From an uncultured Clostridia bacterium (GTDB lineage Bacteria; Bacillota; Clostridia; Christensenellales; UBA1242), in assembly GCA_944383415.1 (NCBI GenBank), contig CALWPK010000006.1:28224-92223 (forward strand): 64,000 nucleotides of DNA, written 5' to 3'. This document shows, one piece after another, positions 17,356 to 29,306 of the stretch. A program made the position numbers and the translations under genes. Positions within the stretch are counted from its first letter, which is position 1; each line of letters opens with the position of its first letter. The notes under the pieces are model-generated. The model was not told the DNA's origin. It saw nothing but the letters and a program-made list of their open reading frames with translations, and searched no databases.

Positions 17356-18379
17356 TTATAAATCATTAGATACCTATGACTATCACCTTCCCGAAAATCT
17401 GATTGCTCAAACTCCGCTTGAAAAACGGGACGAGAGTAGATTGCTCATTTTTGATAGAAAGACAAAGGATATGTATCATAGACATTTCAAGGATATCACT
17501 GATTTTTTGAAAAAGGGCGATGTCTTGGTCGTGAACAACACACGCGTATTGCCAGCACGATTAATGGCGAAAAAAGATACTGGGGCAAATGTTGAAATTT
17601 TGCTTTTGAAACGAATTAATTTGAATGATTGGGAAGTATTATTAAAACCAGGCAAGCGAGTGAAAATTGGCACTATTCTTACTATTAGTGACGAATTGAA
17701 ATGTGAATTGATAGAAATTAAACAAGACGGCAACCGAGTTGTGCGATTTCATTATAATGGCGTGTTTGAGGAGATTTTGAATAGAGTTGGCAGTATGCCA
17801 CTTCCTCACTATATTCACGAAAAATTGAAAGACAATGAGAGATATCAGACGGTTTACAATAAGGTTTTAGGCAGTGCGGCAGCCCCTACAGCAGGGCTTC
17901 ACTTCACACCAGAACTTATGAAAAATATACTAGATATGGGGGTAGAAATACTTGAACTTACCCTTGATGTAGGGCTTGGCACTTTTCGTCCGTGCAAAGA
18001 AAAAGATATCACGAAACACGTTATGCACACCGAACATTATCGACTTACACAAGACGTGGCAGACAAGATCAACAAGGCAAAGATTGAAAACAGACGCATA
18101 ATTGCAGTTGGCACGACTTCAGTTAGGACACTTGAAACTGTCGCACAAAATGGTATGCCACTTGAGGCTAGCGAGGGAGATACGAGCATATTCATCTATC
18201 CGCCTTATGAGTTTAAAGTGGTGGATGCACTCATCACAAATTTTCATTTGCCAAAGAGCACTCTACTTATGCTCGTCAGTGCGTTTGCAGGATACGAAAA
18301 CACAATGAATATTTATGAAACTGCAGTTGAAAATCAATATAGATTTTTCAGTTTCGGCGATGCAATGTTTATAGAATAG
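17348..18379 (+). CDS. queA: tRNA preQ1(34) S-adenosylmethionine ribosyltransferase-isomerase
   Basis: [24 protein letters not shown], the [13 protein letters not shown] motif and a [10 protein letters not shown] terminus. Confidence 0.97.
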
Positions 18380-18397
18380 TTTAAATAGAATTGATAA

Positions 18398-19534
<1,137 letters not shown>

Positions 19535-19592
19535 ATTGACTATCAAATTTTGATTTGATATAATTAAATCATTAGTTAAATAGGGGAGAGAT

Positions 19593-20078
19593 ATGGAAAT
19601 AGTATTATTAATTATTCTTATAGTGTTAGTAGTGGCATTATTTGTAATAAGTTATATGAAAAAGAAAAAGTATAATAATGAACTTAGCCAAATGCGTAGC
19701 GAACTAAAAGTTGGCGATAAAGTTATGACAGATACTGGAGTTGTTGGTGAGGTCGTTGATTCTTACATTGAAGATGAGTACAAATATTTTGTATTAAAGT
19801 CAGGTAAAGGTAGCAATGTAGGCTATTTCACAGTTCACGCGAATGCTATCTATTATGTGTTTGGAAAGGAAGAGAAACAAACTACACAAAAAGTTGTGGT
19901 AAAGCCAGTTGATAGCAAGCAAGAGAAATCTGTAGATGACAATATCGTTGATGTAGCAGAAAGCAAAGAAAAAGAAGATAATCAAAATACGAAGTCAGCA
20001 CCAGAAGCAAAAAATGAGGGTCAGGAAGAAAAATTCTCACAGAAAAAATCTCAAACTAAGAAATCAAATAAGAAATAA
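19593..20078 (+). CDS. yajC: Preprotein translocase subunit YajC with a long charged C-terminal tail
   Basis: An N-terminal TM helix and the LKVGDKVMTDTGVVGEVV motif are present. The gene sits between tgt and secDF. Confidence 0.85.
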   Translation: MEIVLLIILIVLVVALFVISYMKKKKYNNELSQMRSELKVGDKVMTDTGVVGEVVDSYIEDEYKYFVLKSGKGSNVGYFTVHANAIYYVFGKEEKQTTQKVVVKPVDSKQEKSVDDNIVDVAESKEKEDNQNTKSAPEAKNEGQEEKFSQKKSQTKKSNKK

Positions 20079-20093
20079 TTTCAATTAGTAGAT

Positions 20094-20141
20094 AAATGGA
20101 TGGAAATTTTGTATAAATAGTCGAATTACATCCATTTTTTT
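20094..20141 (+). terminator. Intrinsic terminator after yajC
   Basis: A 9-bp stem pairs AAATGGATG with CATCCATTT, followed by a T-run. The loop is fairly long (26 nt). Confidence 0.6.
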
Positions 20142-20421
20142 ATTTGCGAATGTTGCTATAAAATCATACTTTAATTTGAATAAATTGATATGATATAATG
20201 GACTATACAAATCAAGTTATTGATAAAACTAAATTGTTATATTTAAAATTGATTTTATATGTTTATAGCAATGAAGATATTTATATATGCTTATATTCAA
20301 TTCAACTTGGTATTATTGATATTTTACATAAATTTACAAATTATTTTATTAAAGTATAAAAATACAATTTCAATTTTGTGATTAATTGATTTATCTAAAA
20401 TACATTATAGTAGGAGGCAGT

Positions 20422-20820
20422 ATGCAAAAATTGAAATCATTGAATTGGAGCGGGTTTTTATCTATAATCAAATGTTGTATGATCGGAATATTAGTAACCC
20501 TGATTGGACTAATTTTGTTTGCGGTGGTGCTAAAATTCGTAGATCTATCTTCAAACGTTATAGGATACGTAAACGATGCGATAAAAGCAGTATCAATATT
20601 CGTGATGTTGTTTTGTATCAAGAGAACGAATGGAGACAAACTAATAGTCAAATCAATCTTCGCTGGACTTTTGTACGCCGTGCTAAGCCTGATTATATTT
20701 GCCATTTTGAATAAAGGATTTGTTTTCAATTTAACAATTTTATACGATATTTTATTTGCACTAATTGTGTCAATCATTGTGTCAATCATCATTAATCTTA
20801 CTCATAAGAAAAATGCATAA
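20422..20820 (+). CDS. Small polytopic membrane protein (possibly TIGR04086/YrzE-like)
   Basis: The ATG at 20422 follows GTAGGAGG. It has four hydrophobic segments and lies between yajC and secD, as yrzE does in Bacillus. The family call is tentative. Confidence 0.6.
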   Translation: MQKLKSLNWSGFLSIIKCCMIGILVTLIGLILFAVVLKFVDLSSNVIGYVNDAIKAVSIFVMLFCIKRTNGDKLIVKSIFAGLLYAVLSLIIFAILNKGFVFNLTILYDILFALIVSIIVSIIINLTHKKNA

Positions 20821-21103
20821 ATTTTGATTGAATATGTTTTTTTAGTCAATAATTCAATTTAGAGCAAATTATCTATATATTGTGACAATTGTTATTCAGT
20901 TTGAAGTTTTATCTGTTTAATTCCAATTGTATCTGTACTTTGGTGCTTGGAAAGTGCAAAATGAAAAAAATAAAATATAGAATCAAACTATATGTTCAAT
21001 AATTACTTGCTTTATATTAAAATACTTATTGCATAAACAGACAAAAAACGCGAACAAAAATTGTATTTTACAATAAAGAAATAATCTAAAGTATAATAAT
21101 TGT

Positions 21104-21132
21104 TTGACAATAATTTCTAGATAAGTTATAAT
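21104..21132 (+). promoter_or_regulatory. Consensus sigma-A promoter upstream of secD
   Basis: TTGACA (21104-21109), a 17-nt spacer, then TATAAT (21127-21132). Confidence 0.7.
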
Positions 21133-21154
21133 AATTTTTAAATTAGGAGATATT

Positions 21155-22471
21155 ATGACTAAAAAACGATCAAAGTGCTTATTTGTTGTGTTTTCTATTC
21201 TTTTAGTTATATGTTTGATTGCTAGTTTTGTTAATTTCACTTATCCTTTTACAATTAATGGAAACTACTATTCTTATTCTAATTTTGTATCAAATTTGAA
21301 ATTAGGCGAAGATATAGGGAAAACATATAGAATAGTCTATAGAGCAGAACTTCCAGAAGGTGAGGCTCAATCGAATTATGACAATCTACGAACATCTACT
21401 AAGGAAGAGTTGAAACACATTCTTCAAAGTGAAGGGTACAGAGATGTTACGGCTAGCGAGTATGGCACAGACTCAATTCTTATACAGGTTGGAAATATCT
21501 TAACAATAGACGATGAAAATGAAATTGTAAACCTAATTGGTTCGCCCGCTACTGTTAGTTTTTCTATGAATAGTGACAATTCTGATCCATTTGCTGGAGC
21601 AAAAGATATTGAAAATGTATATGCAACGTCATATTATGACCAAGAGATTGCCGAGAATGTGTATGTAGTCTTGATAGATTTCAATGATGATATGATAGAC
21701 TCAATAGCAGATGCCACAGCAGATGGTGGCACTGTCTATATTTTCTTCGGTGACACGCAATTCACTCAGATGGATTTGGGTTCTTCTGCTATAACTGAAG
21801 GCGTGATATATATGCAGAGTGATGATTTTCAAAGTCTAGCACATGCCAACACCGTAGCGAATAGGATCAAAACAGGTATGCTAGATCTTGAATTGACCAC
21901 TGTTGAATCAGGCTCTGTCAGTCCAACCTATGGAGTTGGGGCGAATTTATGGATCGCGGTAGCAATGGCGATATTTATCTTGATAGGATTCATTTTCTTA
22001 ATAGTGAAATATCGTCATCTTGGCTGGCTTGCTTGTTTCAATTTGTTATTCTTCATTACAATCAGTTTATTCCTATTGCAATCAATTCCATTGGTACATT
22101 TGAATTTTGCTGGAATGATAGGATTTTTGATTGCATTCATATTCGTTGTTGATAGTTTCATATCAATATTCGAAAAAGCAAAAGAACATTATAATCAGGA
22201 TACTAAATTGTATATTGCAATGAAAGTGGCGCAAAGCGAGACCCTTACTAAAACATTCGTTATGAACGTCGGATTGATGATTGTAGGGCTTATTAGTTTG
22301 TTTATGCCATCACTCGCTGTTCAATCATTTGGTTGGGCAGTATTCGTAATGTCATTTGTAAGCCTGTTCTGTGTTCAGGTGCTCAATAGGCTGTTTATCA
22401 AAATGTATCTTCCATTCAATAGCACCGACGGCAAGAAATGCAACTTCCACAAAGGAGGACAAAATGCTTAA
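21155..22471 (+). CDS. secD: Protein translocase subunit SecD
   Basis: An N-terminal TM helix, a large extracytoplasmic domain and a C-terminal 5-TM bundle. It is followed by an overlapping secF. Confidence 0.88.
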   Translation: MTKKRSKCLFVVFSILLVICLIASFVNFTYPFTINGNYYSYSNFVSNLKLGEDIGKTYRIVYRAELPEGEAQSNYDNLRTSTKEELKHILQSEGYRDVTASEYGTDSILIQVGNILTIDDENEIVNLIGSPATVSFSMNSDNSDPFAGAKDIENVYATSYYDQEIAENVYVVLIDFNDDMIDSIADATADGGTVYIFFGDTQFTQMDLGSSAITEGVIYMQSDDFQSLAHANTVANRIKTGMLDLELTTVESGSVSPTYGVGANLWIAVAMAIFILIGFIFLIVKYRHLGWLACFNLLFFITISLFLLQSIPLVHLNFAGMIGFLIAFIFVVDSFISIFEKAKEHYNQDTKLYIAMKVAQSETLTKTFVMNVGLMIVGLISLFMPSLAVQSFGWAVFVMSFVSLFCVQVLNRLFIKMYLPFNSTDGKKCNFHKGGQNA

Positions 22472-23444
22472 TAGAGATTTTTCAAAGTCAAATAAGGAAT
22501 ATTTCAAAAAAAATAAATATGCAATTTTGGTCTTAGTTGCATTTTTGGTGATTGGTATAATTGTCCTAGCGTGTTTTGGAATGAATTCAAATTTTGAATT
22601 GGCTGGCTACAATGAATTCACCGTAAGGGTAGGTGCAGAGACATCGAATTATAATGAATATATTGAGAAAATTCAGTCGGCGATAAATAGCGAGAATGGT
22701 GATTATGATTCGTTTTCAATAATGGGCGAGGGAGACGACACTACACTCATCATTCGCTACAATCGTGATTTAACGAGTGAACAACAATCAAATATCAACG
22801 ATACCATAGTTGAAGATTTGTCAATTACAATTGAAGACGTGTCCGCACATTCTTATGTTTCTCCAGTGGTGGAGAATACTGATTATATATTTACCGCTTT
22901 AACTATCATTTTGATGCTGATTTTGTCTAGCATATTTGCATACTTTAGATATAATACCGCCAGTGCTCTCACCACTATTATATCTTCATTGATCGGTACA
23001 TTGATCTTCATTTCAATTGGTGCAATCTTGAGACTAAGCATCGGAATGAGTTATTTTGCAGTGCTAGTAATAATCAATCTGCTGATGATGTTCTTTGCAT
23101 TCAATATATTTGAGCATATTCGGGAGAAGAATTGGTTGCAGACTGATCAATATTCGCTCGCCATTGATTCTTCAATGAAGGCTAATAGATTCCGTTTATG
23201 TGCATTAAATATAGGAATCTTCTTGATTGGTCTTTTATTAGTGATATTAGCGCCAACAAGTATAAAATATATTTCACTCAACATTTTGTTTATGGCGGTT
23301 GTGGTGTTGGCGGTCGAATTGTATGTCGTACCATTTTGTTGGAGCGTATTCATTACATTATGCAAAAAACGTGAGGTAAAAGTAAAGGCGGATAAAGAGA
23401 AAGTTATCGAAGAATCTATATCAAAAAAGGATAATGAACAATAG
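22464..23444 (+). CDS. secF: Protein translocase subunit SecF
   Basis: The ATG at 22464 follows AAGGAGG and overlaps the secD end by 8 nt. The topology is SecF-like. Confidence 0.85.
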   Translation: MLNRDFSKSNKEYFKKNKYAILVLVAFLVIGIIVLACFGMNSNFELAGYNEFTVRVGAETSNYNEYIEKIQSAINSENGDYDSFSIMGEGDDTTLIIRYNRDLTSEQQSNINDTIVEDLSITIEDVSAHSYVSPVVENTDYIFTALTIILMLILSSIFAYFRYNTASALTTIISSLIGTLIFISIGAILRLSIGMSYFAVLVIINLLMMFFAFNIFEHIREKNWLQTDQYSLAIDSSMKANRFRLCALNIGIFLIGLLLVILAPTSIKYISLNILFMAVVVLAVELYVVPFCWSVFITLCKKREVKVKADKEKVIEESISKKDNEQ

Positions 23445-23448
23445 GATA

Positions 23449-23475
23449 AAAAGCCTTTCTTATGAAAGGTTTTTT
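23449..23475 (+). terminator. Intrinsic terminator after secF
   Basis: A stem pairs AAAAGCCTTTC with GAAAGGTTTTT around the loop TTAT, followed by a T-run. Confidence 0.75.
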
Positions 23476-23489
23476 AATATTATTTAACT

Positions 23490-25874
23490 ATGAAATACAT
23501 TTGCAGTTTAAGTGACGAATTTAATGAACAAGAATACGAGATGGCGAAATATTTTGATTTGGATAAAAATCTCGTTCATCTTTTGTACTCGCGAGGAATT
23601 AACGATAAAGAAAAGATGAATAAATTTTTATATCCCAACTTATCAAATCTTTATGATCCTTTCTTATTTGAAAATATGTATGCTGTGGTGGAAAAAATTC
23701 AAAACTATTTAGAAAAAAAATCAAAAATATTGATTTTTGGCGATTATGATGTAGATGGAATTACGGCAAGTGCTATTTTGATTAAATATTTTAATTCAAT
23801 AGGTGTGAATGTTAGCAATTTTATGCCTAATAGATATGAGGATGGATATGGATTGTCTATACCGACTATAGATAAGATTTTTGCACAAAACAAACCAGAT
23901 CTAATCATTACAGTTGACTGTGGTATCACCGCCATAGAAGAAGTCGAATACATCAAAAAATGTGGAGTGGATATAATTGTCACCGACCATCACGAGCGAG
24001 CGGAAACTTTACCAGATTGCTTGATCATCAATCCAAAGATAAGTGAGACCTATCCGTTCAAATCTCTATGCGGAGCGGGTGTTGCTCTAAAACTAGTTCA
24101 GGCACTAGCAGGTATTAATGTTGCTAGCAAATATTTGTCAATTTGTGCCATAGCGACCATCGCTGATATCGTGGAACTTTTTGATGAAAATAGGGCAATT
24201 GTGGCACTTGGGTTGAAAGACTTTGAGCATCTACCTTTGGGATTAAATAGATTGATGCAAGAATGTGGCATCAGTTTGAATTGTAAGGCTAGTGATATCG
24301 CTTTCAAACTTGCACCTAAAATAAATGCTAGCGGACGAATGGGATCTGCTGAGACAAGTTTGGAATTGTATTTAGAAGAAAATCCTGTGACTATAAAAAA
24401 ATTATGCAACAAAGTGATTGAATTCAATAATCACAGACAACAACTGTGTGATAGAGTGTACACGGACGTAAAACAAGATTTGAAAACTCGCGATATTTTC
24501 AAAATCAATGCAATCATAATGTCCAGTCCAGAGTGGGATAGTGGTATATTGGGTATAGTATCTGCTCGTATAGCAGAAGAATATCATCGCCCTGCGTTTT
24601 TATTTAGTCAAGTAGGAGACGAATTGACAGGATCATGTAGGAGTGTTAATGGAGTGAATGTTCACACTCTTCTTAGTAATGAATCACATTTGTTGACCAA
24701 GTTCGGTGGACATCCTATGGCTGCGGGACTGACTTTGAAAGTGGAAAATTACGATGAATTTTGTAAACTTACCGAGATGTACGTAGAGCAGAATTTGAAT
24801 AAGGCAGACTTTTTGCCAACCAAAACTTATGATTTTGAATTCGAAGATAGCGAAATAACGCTGAAACTCGTTGAAGATATTGATAGATTGGAGCCCTGCG
24901 GTCATCTCAATTCTCGTCCGATTTTCAAATTCAAATTGAATAGAGCGACAATCAGTTCACTTCCAAAGCATCCTCAACATCTAGTATTGAGTTATCCAAA
25001 TTTTAGTTTGCTTGCGTTTAATTCCAGTGAAAAATATTTTGTATTATCTGGAAACACATCTTCAACAATATTAGCAGATTTGAACATAGACAATTTTAGA
25101 AATAACAAACGAATTTCAGGTATTGTGAAATCTATTGACTATGAGGATATTTATAGACCAAGTGATGACGAGATAATTCAGGCTGAGTATTTGAAACAAG
25201 TATGTTATCCTCTAGAGGGTAGTTACACATTCAATAATTACAATCGAGATCAACTGATAAGGCTATTGCTAGATATGGATAAAAATGTCTACGGTACGCT
25301 TATTGTGGCAAATGATTATAATACGTACATCAATTTCAAATCAATATATGATAGCAACAATATATTTAGAAATCGCATTTTTTTGATCAATGATGAAACG
25401 GGGCTGAATACAATCATTTTAGCACCTACCAATTTTAATTCATTCAATACATTTAGCAGAATAATATTTTTAGATCCTATACTAAGTATGGGGTATTTGT
25501 CAGAACTTAAAAAACATACAAAATCCACAATATATCTTCCACATTTTCCTGCGAGCACATTTTCATTAATGAAAAAAATCAACTTGTCGAGACAAGAATT
25601 TGGTAGATATTTTAGACTTATTCAATTTGCGTCAGAAAACAAAATTACTGGCTACTATACCTATAATTTATATACAAACATTTTAAGTAAACTGAAAGAT
25701 AAATCAAATTATTCATATTTGCAATTTTATGTGTGTTTGCTCGTTTTCAAAGAGTTGGGCATAGTTATTACGGATGATATGGACACACAAATTTTGGCAA
25801 TCACCAACAAAAAAAATCCGCTAAACGCCAGTGCGTTTTATAATAAACTCTCCACAATGAAAGTGAAAAATTAA
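23490..25874 (+). CDS. recJ: Single-stranded-DNA-specific exonuclease RecJ
   Basis: DHH motifs (IFGDYDVDGITA, VDCG, VTDHH) and the DHHA1 GGHPMAAG motif are present. Confidence 0.95.
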   Translation: MKYICSLSDEFNEQEYEMAKYFDLDKNLVHLLYSRGINDKEKMNKFLYPNLSNLYDPFLFENMYAVVEKIQNYLEKKSKILIFGDYDVDGITASAILIKYFNSIGVNVSNFMPNRYEDGYGLSIPTIDKIFAQNKPDLIITVDCGITAIEEVEYIKKCGVDIIVTDHHERAETLPDCLIINPKISETYPFKSLCGAGVALKLVQALAGINVASKYLSICAIATIADIVELFDENRAIVALGLKDFEHLPLGLNRLMQECGISLNCKASDIAFKLAPKINASGRMGSAETSLELYLEENPVTIKKLCNKVIEFNNHRQQLCDRVYTDVKQDLKTRDIFKINAIIMSSPEWDSGILGIVSARIAEEYHRPAFLFSQVGDELTGSCRSVNGVNVHTLLSNESHLLTKFGGHPMAAGLTLKVENYDEFCKLTEMYVEQNLNKADFLPTKTYDFEFEDSEITLKLVEDIDRLEPCGHLNSRPIFKFKLNRATISSLPKHPQHLVLSYPNFSLLAFNSSEKYFVLSGNTSSTILADLNIDNFRNNKRISGIVKSIDYEDIYRPSDDEIIQAEYLKQVCYPLEGSYTFNNYNRDQLIRLLLDMDKNVYGTLIVANDYNTYINFKSIYDSNNIFRNRIFLINDETGLNTIILAPTNFNSFNTFSRIIFLDPILSMGYLSELKKHTKSTIYLPHFPASTFSLMKKINLSRQEFGRYFRLIQFASENKITGYYTYNLYTNILSKLKDKSNYSYLQFYVCLLVFKELGIVITDDMDTQILAITNKKNPLNASAFYNKLSTMKVKN

Positions 25875-25966
25875 CAGAATTTTACAATATATAGTGTTTT
25901 ATATGAATTAAATACCAGATATTTTGATTACTATTAAATTTAATTGACACAATTTTTAATAATTGT

Positions 25967-25995
25967 TTGCCAATTTGTCTACTATCTGATATAAT
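25967..25995 (+). promoter_or_regulatory. Sigma-A promoter with extended -10
   Basis: TTGCCA (25967-25972), a 17-nt spacer ending in TGa, then TATAAT (25990-25995). Confidence 0.6.
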
Positions 25996-26009
25996 AAAAG
26001 TGAGGGATT

Positions 26010-26696
26010 GTGCTATATTATATTCTATTCAATGACTATTATACACCAAGAGAAGCAGTAATTGTATTGTTAATTACAATTTTTGTTTACCTTGTATCTC
26101 TTACTTTGCACGAATTAGCCCATTCATTCACTGCATATAAAATGGGTGATCCCACTCCTAAACTTATGGGTAGACTTACGCTCAATCCATTTAAACATTT
26201 AAGTCTTGGCGGATTTTTGATGTTCGTGCTGTTAGGTATAGGTTGGGCAAAGCCTGTCCCTATCAATCCCTTGAATTTCAAAAAGTATAGAACGGGCATA
26301 AGATTAGTGTCTATTTCTGGGATTTTGACAAATTTCTTGTTAGGACTGATTGCTGCTATCATATATGCAATATTGCTTCCAACAGTAGGTTATATAAACA
26401 CGGCAATGGAGTGCGTGTTCCTAGTCTTGCAATACTTTATGGTGGTGAATAGTTTCTTGGCACTATTTAATCTTATTCCGATTTATCCAATGGACGGATT
26501 CAATTTTGTCACTTCCTTTATGCGTGCGGATAATAGATATATCAAGTTTAATGTCAAAAATGGATTGAAATTATTATTATGCATTCTTTTGGTGACTTTA
26601 TTGATAGAAACAATTTTCTCATTTGATTTGCTTGATTGGTATCTATCAATTTTGTATAATTATGTATATTTACCGATAAGTCTTTTAGGGGTATAG
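26010..26696 (+). CDS. Site-2 protease family (M50) membrane metalloprotease
   Basis: The HELAHS zinc motif lies in a TM helix, and the protein is polytopic. The GTG start follows GAGGGA. Confidence 0.85.
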   Translation: MLYYILFNDYYTPREAVIVLLITIFVYLVSLTLHELAHSFTAYKMGDPTPKLMGRLTLNPFKHLSLGGFLMFVLLGIGWAKPVPINPLNFKKYRTGIRLVSISGILTNFLLGLIAAIIYAILLPTVGYINTAMECVFLVLQYFMVVNSFLALFNLIPIYPMDGFNFVTSFMRADNRYIKFNVKNGLKLLLCILLVTLLIETIFSFDLLDWYLSILYNYVYLPISLLGV

Positions 26697-26697
26697 A

Positions 26698-27465
26698 ATG
26701 GATGTTGTAGACACGTCAGACGAGATTTTGACAGAATCTTCATCTCAATTAACTTTCAAATTGGAGGGATTTGAAGGACCTCTAGATCTTTTGTTGCACT
26801 TGATCAAAGAGCACGATATGACCATCTGGGAAATCAAGATTAGTGAGATCACTGATCAATATATGAAATATATGGAAGGGATCACGGAACTTGATATGGA
26901 AGAAACGACAGCGTTCCTTGATATGGCAAGTAGATTGCTAGAGATAAAATCAAGAAGTCTATTGCCAGTAGAAACCTCAGAGGAAGAAGAGGAACAGATA
27001 GATCCAGAGACTCAACTGAAAATTCAACTTCAAGAATATCAACTATTCAAAGAGGCTGGCGGAGAATTGCATAATATTGAAAACGTGGATAGATTTTATA
27101 AACAGCCAGACAAAAATGTAGGAGATCCAAGAATAGTTTTCAATCAATTCAACTTAGATAAACTTTTAGATGCGTTTGCATTCATATTGATGAGGACAAA
27201 AGATAGAGACAATCCGCAAGAGAAGAAAATTAATCGTGATAGATGGACGGTTGCAGACAAAATTGCATTTCTAACTAATGTTTTGAAAGACAACAAAGAG
27301 ATCAATTTCTTCAGTTTGTTTGATGATACATATTCAAAACTAGAAGTTATCACAGTATTTATGGCAATCTTAGAATTGTTGAAATTTCAAAAGATTGAGG
27401 TAGTGCAAAAAGAGCGCTACGCAGATATACTGATTAGAAGAAAGGAGATTAGCGATGAATCTTAA
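26698..27465 (+). CDS. scpA: Segregation and condensation protein A
   Basis: The N-terminal motif FEGPLDLLLHLIKEHDM is present, and the gene is followed by scpB. Confidence 0.93.
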   Translation: MDVVDTSDEILTESSSQLTFKLEGFEGPLDLLLHLIKEHDMTIWEIKISEITDQYMKYMEGITELDMEETTAFLDMASRLLEIKSRSLLPVETSEEEEEQIDPETQLKIQLQEYQLFKEAGGELHNIENVDRFYKQPDKNVGDPRIVFNQFNLDKLLDAFAFILMRTKDRDNPQEKKINRDRWTVADKIAFLTNVLKDNKEINFFSLFDDTYSKLEVITVFMAILELLKFQKIEVVQKERYADILIRRKEISDES

Positions 27466-28159
27466 AGAAATAGCAAAGATCGTTGAAGGTGTGTTGTTTG
27501 TGTCGGGCGAAGGGGTTGAGATCGATGAATTCAAATCCCGCTTTGATATGAACGACAGAGAGTTCAACAAATGTCTAGATATTTTGAAAGAAAAATATAA
27601 TGAAGATAGTGGAATTAATATTATTCAATATAAAACTAAAGTTCAATTATGCTCGAATCCACAGATAGTGGAGAATATTGCCGAGATATTGAATCCGATC
27701 AGGGAGCGTAGTTTGACCAAAGCGGCACTTGAAACAATCGCGATAATCGCATACAAGCAACCAATCACAAGGATGGAGATCGAGGGAATAAGAGGGGTGA
27801 ATTGCGATTATGCGATTCAACTTTTGCAGGCAAACAATCTCATAGAAGTCGTAGGTAGAAAAGATGCGGTAGGCAAACCTCTTTTGTTCGGTACGACTGA
27901 AAATTTTTTGAAAAGATTTGAATTGAAGTCAATCGAATCACTTCCAAACTACAACGAATTGTTGGATAGAATACGCGTTATACATAGTGAGGGCGATTCG
28001 CTCTATAGAGAGTTTACTATTCCAGAGGAAGATGAAGAGACTGAAAAGAAAAGTTCTGCCGAAACGAATGAGGGCGAAGACCTTAATAATTCTGATACGC
28101 GATCAAACCACACCGATGAAACGGATGAAAACTCAGAGCAAAGAAAGGATGCCGTTTGA
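27455..28159 (+). CDS. scpB: Segregation and condensation protein B (with an acidic C-terminal tail)
   Basis: ALETIAIIAYKQPITRMEIEGIRGV and GRKDAVGKPLLFGTT are ScpB winged-helix motifs. Confidence 0.93.
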   Translation: MNLKEIAKIVEGVLFVSGEGVEIDEFKSRFDMNDREFNKCLDILKEKYNEDSGINIIQYKTKVQLCSNPQIVENIAEILNPIRERSLTKAALETIAIIAYKQPITRMEIEGIRGVNCDYAIQLLQANNLIEVVGRKDAVGKPLLFGTTENFLKRFELKSIESLPNYNELLDRIRVIHSEGDSLYREFTIPEEDEETEKKSSAETNEGEDLNNSDTRSNHTDETDENSEQRKDAV

Positions 28160-28360
28160 TAAAAACTGATTGAGGCAATGGTCATTTTAAGTTAGTTAAA
28201 AAGCGCAAGAACAAAGAGCGTGGGCTTTTAACGAATGTTAAATTTTTCAAGAATTTATAGTTTTGCAAAGAAGGCAGAAATAAAATTTGATTAATATAAA
28301 TTTTAACATTATGGTTTATATTTTTTGAATAGAAATGAGATAATATAAGATACTACTTTT

Positions 28361-28930
28361 ATGTGGTATCTTATTTTCTTGTTTAGTACGATTATGAATA
28401 TATTGACGATAATCTATCCATTTTTAATTTCGTTTGATGTTAGATTCAATATTTTGCGCCTAAAGGGCAGTGTAACAATCAAGATTTTCAACAAAATAAA
28501 GTTAGAGTTTAAAATTCGTATAAAAAATGGCTATATTTATATTAATCATAAGAATAAATTGAGGAAAGAGAAGATCAGCAAGACAAATTTCAATTTTATG
28601 TTTTTAATCACACTCTTGAATCAATTATACTTTAGAGAACAATTCCTATCGTTTTATTTCAAAACAAATTTTGGCTTTGTGCTAGATTCTAATGTGACGG
28701 CAGTTGTTTGTGGATATATTGACGTCATTGGGAAATCTTTGTTGGCAAAACTAAAAAACAATAAAAAATCTTCACATATTTTTATAGATATTGAGCCACA
28801 ATATAATCAAGATATATTTAATGTCAGGCTAGAAAATACTATCCGAATGTCTATCTTCGACATTTTGTATTCGCTAGTTTATACATCATTTGGAGTATGG
28901 AGAAAATATGAAAAAAATGGAACGAATTAA
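28361..28930 (+). CDS. DUF2953/YtfI-like sporulation membrane protein (tentative)
   Basis: It has an N-terminal TM segment and sits directly upstream of, and overlapping, a ytfJ homologue, as in the B. subtilis ytfI-ytfJ pair. Confidence 0.45.
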   Translation: MWYLIFLFSTIMNILTIIYPFLISFDVRFNILRLKGSVTIKIFNKIKLEFKIRIKNGYIYINHKNKLRKEKISKTNFNFMFLITLLNQLYFREQFLSFYFKTNFGFVLDSNVTAVVCGYIDVIGKSLLAKLKNNKKSSHIFIDIEPQYNQDIFNVRLENTIRMSIFDILYSLVYTSFGVWRKYEKNGTN

Positions 28931-29306
28931 TTTCAAAAAAGACAGCAAAATTGAGTCATTAATAGACGTATCTTTGCAAAAGATTCGCACAATGATTGAC
29001 GTAAATTGTGTCATTGGCAGTGCCATCACTATGCCAGATGATAGCATTATCATACCTATTTCAAAGGTGAGCGTTGGTTTTGTCGCGGGTGGCGGAGAAT
29101 ACAATGACCTTAACGCAAAGCGAAATTCTGCAGATTTTCCTATGGCTGGAGGAACGGGTGGCGGATTCACAGTGTCTCCTATAGGCTTTTTCGTGGTCAG
29201 CAAGGACAAGTTCAAAATCATTCACGCAGATAAATCCACTGCATATTTAGGTTTAATCAAGAATGCGACTGAAGTATTGAAAAAATTTGCGGAGAAATTG
29301 AAATGA
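28908..29306 (+). CDS. ytfJ: GerW/YtfJ-family sporulation protein
   Basis: IIPISKVSVGFVAGGGEY and GGTGGGFTVSPIGFFVV are characteristic of YtfJ. Confidence 0.85.
   Translation: MKKMERINFKKDSKIESLIDVSLQKIRTMIDVNCVIGSAITMPDDSIIIPISKVSVGFVAGGGEYNDLNAKRNSADFPMAGGTGGGFTVSPIGFFVVSKDKFKIIHADKSTAYLGLIKNATEVLKKFAEKLK

Noticed and set aside
19860-20078. Charged low-complexity C-terminal tails on YajC, and similarly on S2 (about 37730-37873) and ScpB (about 28020-28159).
   Set aside because: Such Lys/Glu/Asp-rich tails are common in AT-rich genomes and carry no specific signal I can interpret.
20391-20792. A 133-aa minus-strand ORF opposite the small membrane-protein gene.
   Set aside because: The + strand ORF has a strong SD (GTAGGAGG) and a clean 4-TM pattern. 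The antisense frame has neither.
22371-22463. The 31-aa N-terminal extension of secF in the ORF track.
   Set aside because: It lies entirely inside the 3' end of secD in another frame. The ATG at 22464 follows AAGGAGG and gives a normal SecF N-terminus.
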